From Macrostomum lignano (lineage: Eukaryota): DNA of 44,554 bases. Of this stretch, positions 32,560 through 44,554 are shown piece after piece. The DNA lies in assembly GCA_002269645.1 (NCBI GenBank), contig NIVC01004481.1:1-44554 (forward strand), given 5' to 3'. Made by a program: the position numbers and the translations under genes. The notes below the pieces were generated by a model. That model was given only the letters and a program-made list of their open reading frames with translations, ran no database searches and was not told where the DNA came from. The stretch's first letter is position 1. Each line of letters opens with the position of its first letter.

Positions 32560-35500
32560 CCTCGGTAGCGCTACCAGTTGCCAAAGCTATTCTCTTGAGC
32601 GCCGACGGTCGCAGAGAAATGATGGTGCGCGTCCTTCTCGAAACAGCAAGTAATCGTAGTTATATTCGAAAGGATGTTTGTGAGGCTATGGGTTTTGGTG
32701 CGGAAATGACTGAAAATCTGAGTGTCTCATCCTTCTCTGGCCTCAACACAGACATTTAATCGGGCTGTGTAAGGTTTTCGTAGCGCAAACTCGATTCCTT
32801 TGAGACAGTTGAACTCCAGGCAAACATTGTTGAGACTATTTGTCAACCACAGCGATCTGTGAGGGTCAATGAATTCCAACATCTATCCAGCTTGGATCTG
32901 GCCGATCCGTATGACCCACGCGACGGACATACTCCGATTTCGATACTGATTGGATCAGATTTCTTTTATCAAATCGTCGGCGACGAGGTTATTCGTGGAT
33001 CCCATGGTCCCGTTGCGATTTCTTCAAAGCTTGGTTATGTGCTCTGCGGACCATTGACGCTTAGTATCTCAAAGTGCGATTCGGAACGATCATCGGATTT
33101 ACAAAGTGTCCAGGAGGTCAACTGCGCGAATACAGCAGCAGTTTGCTGCTTTGTCAATGGCCAAATATCTGTCTCGAAGTCCTTAAATGACGATTTCACT
33201 TCTCTTTGGAGGTTGGACTCAATCGGGATTCTAGATGACCCACAACCTGTTTCGTCCGACGTCTTCCCTTGCAACCCGCAGCTGCATGAGGGACGATATT
33301 CTGTGCAGTTGCCTTGGCGTTTCTCCAAGGAGACGATTAGCCTGCGTGACCATTTCAATGTAGCGACAACTCGGCTAAAGGCGAGCATTCGACATCTTCA
33401 GCGTAATCCAGCACAACTAGCGCAGTGTGATGCTATTCTTTCCGAACAAGAAGAGCTCGGCATCATCGAGAAAGTTCCAGTCGACGTCAACGACCAGTCG
33501 CCGAACATCATTCATTATCTACTACACAGCTGCGTCACGAAAAAGGATAGCGAACACACGAAGCTACGCATGCTTTTTGACGGATCAGCAAAGACGGACA
33601 GTACAGACTTCTCTATCAACGACTTTCTGCTGACGGGGCCTACGTGTTTTCCACTGATTCCCCCGATTTTTCTTCGCTTTCGCCTCAAGTCGGTAGCTGT
33701 ACTAGCAGACATTGAAAAAGCGTTCCTTCAAATCGGTATTGACTCGCGTGATCGAGACGCTCTTCGGTTCTTGTGGACAGAGACGACGCCCGACGAGCCC
33801 TACAAAGTCATACATTATAGATTCTGTCGAGTACCTTTTGGCCTAACTTGTTCACCGGCGATTCTACGAGCTACCATATTGCGACACCTTGAACTGCATC
33901 AAGACGATGCTCGGACAGTTGTAAACATCTTAAAGACTAGCCTGTACATGGACAATTTAGTCACTTGTTGCGATTCGGATGAAGAAGCCGGCGAGTTGTA
34001 CGCTCAGACGAAGCGAATTTTTGCGGAAGCAGGCATGAACATGCGGCAGTGGCAGTCAAATTCCAAGGAGTTCATGAAGTCGCTTCCTGTAGCGGATGTC
34101 GATAAAGCAAAGAAAGTTCTTGGCCTTGCTGGGGAACCGGATGAAGACATTTTTCGGCTTGAGTTCGCTGCAGTGCTTGACTCCGTCGCAGGTCAGCGGT
34201 ACTCTAAGAGAATGATGCTTTCAATTTTTTCAAAGCTGTTTGACCCACTTGGGTTCCTAACACCGGCAGTGACGCTGGTCAAAGCCTGGTTTCAACAGCT
34301 TTGCAAGCAGAAAGTCCCGTGGGACGGTGATATTCCGAGTGAGATGGCAGCAAAATGGACCCGCTGGTTGGATTCACTCAAGACGTTGAATCTGAAACTT
34401 CATCGTTGTGTCGTGCCTCAACAATGGCAGTCATGTCGCATTGAAATGCAATTGCACGGTTTTTCTGACGCTAGTAAACGAGCATATACTGCTGTCGTGT
34501 ACCTAAGGGTTATCGATCATGAGCGCCAGGATGTTTCTGCTCATCTTCTCATCGCTAAGGCTCGAGTGGCGCCTGTCGTGTCCATCAGCATTGCTCGATT
34601 GGAGTTGCTTGGAGCATTAATTCTAGCTCGTTTAATGGACTTCGTCTCAATCCAACTTCCGGGTCTTAAGCGTCAACTGTGGACAGACAGCATGACTACA
34701 CTGCAGTGGATCACGTGTGAGTCCAAGCTACGCCAAGTCTTTGTGCAAAATCGGGTCAGTGAAATTCGACGGTTGACAGAGGCTCAGTAATGGCACCACG
34801 TGTCAGGGGAGACGAACCCGGCCGACCTGCCATCGCGAGGATGCTTGCCAGAGCAATTGGTTTGTGACGCGACATGGTTATCGGTCCGGAATTTCTTCGA
34901 AGATATGACACGCGAGATGCAACCCCGGCGGCAGTCTACTGTGAACCTGAGCAAAACGAAACGACGACTGTGATGACCGTGGAGTGTACCGATTCTTCTT
35001 CACCTTCTCTGCTCAAAGCGATTCAGATTTCAAGATTTTCTTCGTGGACCAAGCTCACTCGAGTGGTTGGTTGGATCTTGCGATTTGTCAGCATCTTGCG
35101 CCATCGGATTGTTAAGCGACCATCCTTGTTAACGGCTACGGAAGTATTACAGGCAGAACAGTCAGTGCTGCGAGCCGTACAGTGCGAATCATTGTCGAAC
35201 GAAATTTCGTGCCTCAGCGGTTCTGGACCTCGTATGCCGTTAGTGCGCGATCTCAAATTGTTCCTTGATCCTGCTGGATTAGTTCGGTCAGCGGGTCGTC
35301 TGCAGGGCGCTGTGCCCTTCGACACCAACAATCCAGTGCTGATTCCCTCGAAGCACCCGCTCGAAACCCTGCTTGTCCGTCATTGCCATGCGGCTGTGAT
35401 GCATTCCGGGGTCGCGGCAACAATATGCAAGCTTCGTGAACGTTTTTGGATTTTAAAGGCGAGACAGCGCGTGAAGCAGTTACTGGGGGAGTGTGTTGTC

Positions 35501-36502
35501 TGCAAGAAGTTTCAAGGTCGACCGTTTTCCATGAGTGCGGTTCCGTAGCTTCCATCCTTCCGTTTGTCAACTGTTCGTGCTTTTCGTACCGTAGGACTGG
35601 ATTATGCTGGTCCGATATTCTATCGGACGGGGGAGGGTGGTGAGAGCAAAAAGGCGTACATCCTACTCTTCACTTGCTCAGCAACTCGAGCCGTTCACCT
35701 GGAAGTTGTTTCGAGTATGGACAGCGAACAGCTTCTGCATGCACTGCGTCGGTTCGTGGCTCGACGGGGCATTCCCTCCGTCGTCAGTGACAATGCGTGG
35801 ACATTTCGATCAGGCGCCAAACTGATCGGCGCTAGTATCTCAGAAGAGCTGCAGTCGTTCTGTTCGTCAAAGAAGATTTTTTGGCATTTTGTGCCCGAGC
35901 GAGCCCCGTGGTGGGGAGGCTACTGGGAAAGGCTGATTGGCATCGTGAAGATGGCACTAAAAAAGGCTGCAGGTCGACAGCTGTTTACCTACGACCAATT
36001 GATCACTCTAACTGTGGAAGTCGAAGCTGTGGTTAACTGTCGGGCGCTGTTGTATGTACCTTCGGATTCAGGCGACGGTATGAAGTTCATCACACCGTCC
36101 CATTTCATGGCAGCTAGTCGTCTCAGCCAAGAACCGGAAGATATCGACGGTGAGGCGGACTCCGTTCTACCGCTTCCGAAACGGCTTAGAATGCTTAGAG
36201 CAGCTTGGAACCAATTTTGGAACCAATGGAAGACGTCCTACTTGGAGTCTCTGCGCGAGAAAGCCCTAAAGGATCAACCTAACCGCTGTCCACCAAATGT
36301 TGGTGAAGTAGTTCTTCTGGCAGGTGAAGCTCGACAACCAAGACTCAAATGGAAATTGGGTATTGTCAAGGAAGTTCGTCCTGGCCGTGATGGTGCTATC
36401 CGTTCGGTTCTTCTTCGCGTTGCGGGTGCTGGGAGTTCCCGGCGCTGGGAACGGGTGAGACGGCCAGTCCAGTCGTTGATTCCTTTAGAGGTTCAATCCT
36501 AA
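32560..36502 (+). pseudogene. BEL/Pao pol (protease, RT, RNase H, integrase) with in-frame stops and frameshifts
   Basis: VLLETASNRSYI (protease motif, catalytic D to E); KLRMLFDGSA, LADIEKAFLQI, RVPFGLTCSP, LYMDN (RT); LHGFSDASKRAY, IARLELLGA, WTDS (RNase H); HSG...CVVC, GLDYAGP, VSDNA, APWWGGYWERL (integrase). Stops at 32757, 34788 and 35546. Confidence 0.93.
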
Positions 36503-36897
36503 GACCGTTATTTTTTTGTCCTTTCCCACAACTTTCGAATTCGTTTGCTAACTTTTTTGACAGCCTCTCGCCAAAATTTGTAATGAGAAAAGGTTTGTTT
36601 TTCTGTTTTGAGATAATTCTCTTGGTGGTGGACGATGTTACGCGTCATTATTCGTCATTTTTCCATTTACGTCGTAGTATATTTTTCCTCATCTATCATG
36701 CTCACATGCGCTTAAACTTGGCTCTAACGGTTTTTTGTTCTCTGCTGACTGTTTCACTTAAAACAACAAACCAGTATTTGTCTGTTAGGCTAAGATATTT
36801 TTTTCCTTTTTCATTGTTATTTTGCAACAAGTTCGAACGTAATTTAGGTTTGCTTTTCCGAATTTAAAGAATCAAATGATAAATCATTTGGGGGGAG

Positions 36898-37113
36898 TGT
36901 CGAAAAAATGAGTTGGCCTAGGCTAGCCGCCTATTTCATCCATAAGGTATTTTCTCTATTTTCACTGTACGCACGATGTACTATCTCCGCCAACCCCCAA
37001 AACTTTTCACCTATGTTTAAGTTAGAGAATATAAAAGCTGAATTCTGGGCTGCGACCGCCCTAACTTCGTTTTCTTTGTCGCCAGCCAAAATCAATTATT
37101 GGTTTATTCTTTA
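36898..37113 (+). repeat. 3' LTR of the BEL/Pao element (216 bp)
   Basis: Follows the PPT; differs from the 5' LTR by a 10-bp indel and roughly 8 small changes (counted by eye). Confidence 0.95.
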
Positions 37114-37304
37114 AACTCTGCTGTGATTTGCCACTCAGTTTCTATGCTGAATGGTTTGTATGTCGACGTAATTCAGTATTCATGCATAACCTTGTAAGTG
37201 TTGGATTCTTGACTTCAGTGTGCAGATTACACACTTTTAATTAGAACTCTCACGAGCTCATAGATGCTGAATGAAGCTTATAACAGAATTTCTGTGTGTT
37301 CACT

Positions 37305-37540
37305 GGCCTGACCAACAGAATCTCTGTGTGCTCACTGGCCTTAGCCTGACCAACAGAATCTCTGTGTGCTCACTGGCCTTAGCCTGACCAACAGAATCTC
37401 TGTGTGCTCACTGGCCTTAGCCTGACCAACAGAATCTCTGTGTGCTCACTGGCCTTAGCCTGACCAACAGAATCTCTGTGTGCTCACTGGCCTTAGCCTG
37501 ACCAACAGAATCTCTGTGTGCTCACTGAACTGACCAACAG
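37305..37540. repeat. 38-bp minisatellite (gcctgaccaacagaatctctgtgtgctcactggcctta), about 6 units
   Basis: Direct tandem repetition. Confidence 0.92.
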
Positions 37541-37601
37541 AGAACTGACCATCTAATAATGAAATTTTTTCTGTTTTCTTACCTCTGCTCTTCTGTGAAC
37601 C

Positions 37602-37905
<304 letters not shown>

Positions 37906-38404
37906 AAACAGATTCAGACTAGCTTTGGTAATAAAAGATGGATTTTTTTCTACCTACCAGAATAATCTTGCCTCGATAAGCTGAAGGCTTATAAATTTAG
38001 CTAATTGCTGTATTGAAAAGTGCCCAAGTTATGTTGTGTCTCAGATAGCTAGTTGGATTCAGGATATGCGTGCGATACCTACTGCTTTCAGTAATATCTC
38101 ACCCAGTGCAATTATCAGTTCTGTCATTGTCATTGAAACTACAGGATAAATAACTACAGCAATGCCAACTCCAATGGCACAGTTCTATCTGTCTCGTGCA
38201 TTATTAACTGCCATTGCGATAGAAACTTTGCTATCCAATCCAGTTGCACGCCCAGATTATTCCAGTTCATTTGAGCTCATTAAAATGCTGGATGCATTGG
38301 CGGCTTTTACTCCACGCCATACAAACTTCTATTAGCTAGTCACAGTTTAACTCTAATTAGAAAAAACTGTCTGCATCCTAGCTCAGCATTCTCGCTCCTA
38401 ATTG

Positions 38405-44272
<5,868 letters not shown>

Positions 44273-44554
44273 GTGAATTAAAAAGACTGGAAAAATAATT
44301 CACTGTTAGGGTGCTTGTGCTGAGTAGGTGCTTGACTGCAAGTTTTCTGCCTCAAAACTAGTGCGACATTCGTAGATTTTAGGATTAGTTAGTTGGAATA
44401 ATTGAAAACGATCCGGACTCTTCAAGCCTTTTCAAACTTTAAAACCAGAAAAGTGATCATTGGCTGAGCAAGAGCGAGCAATGGTGCAGCGCCTCGAACA
44501 ACGGAGCTCTATGATCATAAGAGCTCAACAATCCTTACACTCAAGCCTTGCAAA

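Larger units (their letters stand above)
29105..37113 (+). mobile_element. Full-length, decayed BEL/Pao LTR retrotransposon (~8.0 kb including a nested insertion)
   Basis: LTRs at 29105-29329 and 36898-37113; 5-bp TSD AACTC (29100-29104, 37114-37118); PBS TGGCGCCCAA at 29330; PPT GGGGGGAG before the 3' LTR; order gag-PR-RT-RNaseH-IN. Confidence 0.96.

Overview
Eukaryotic, intron-rich animal DNA full of mini- and microsatellites; the style resembles the flatworm Macrostomum, but that is an inference. I reconstructed five spliced genes by hand: the 3' part of MED1 (+), a three-exon N-acylation-motif (globin X-like) globin (-), MCFD2 (+, head-to-head with the globin), a secreted fibrinogen-related protein (+), and the 5' part of a DEG/ENaC channel (+). 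There is also a full-length decayed BEL/Pao LTR retrotransposon with a 1.17-kb solo LTR nested in its gag. The most unusual object is the DEG/ENaC subunit: its extracellular finger region holds two kringle domains, and a WSC domain encoded by one symmetrical 300-nt exon is inserted inside the first kringle. Most long ORFs in the supplied track are satellite artefacts. Several single-base frameshifts in otherwise intact genes look like assembly errors. All homology calls come from motif recognition by eye, not database searches.
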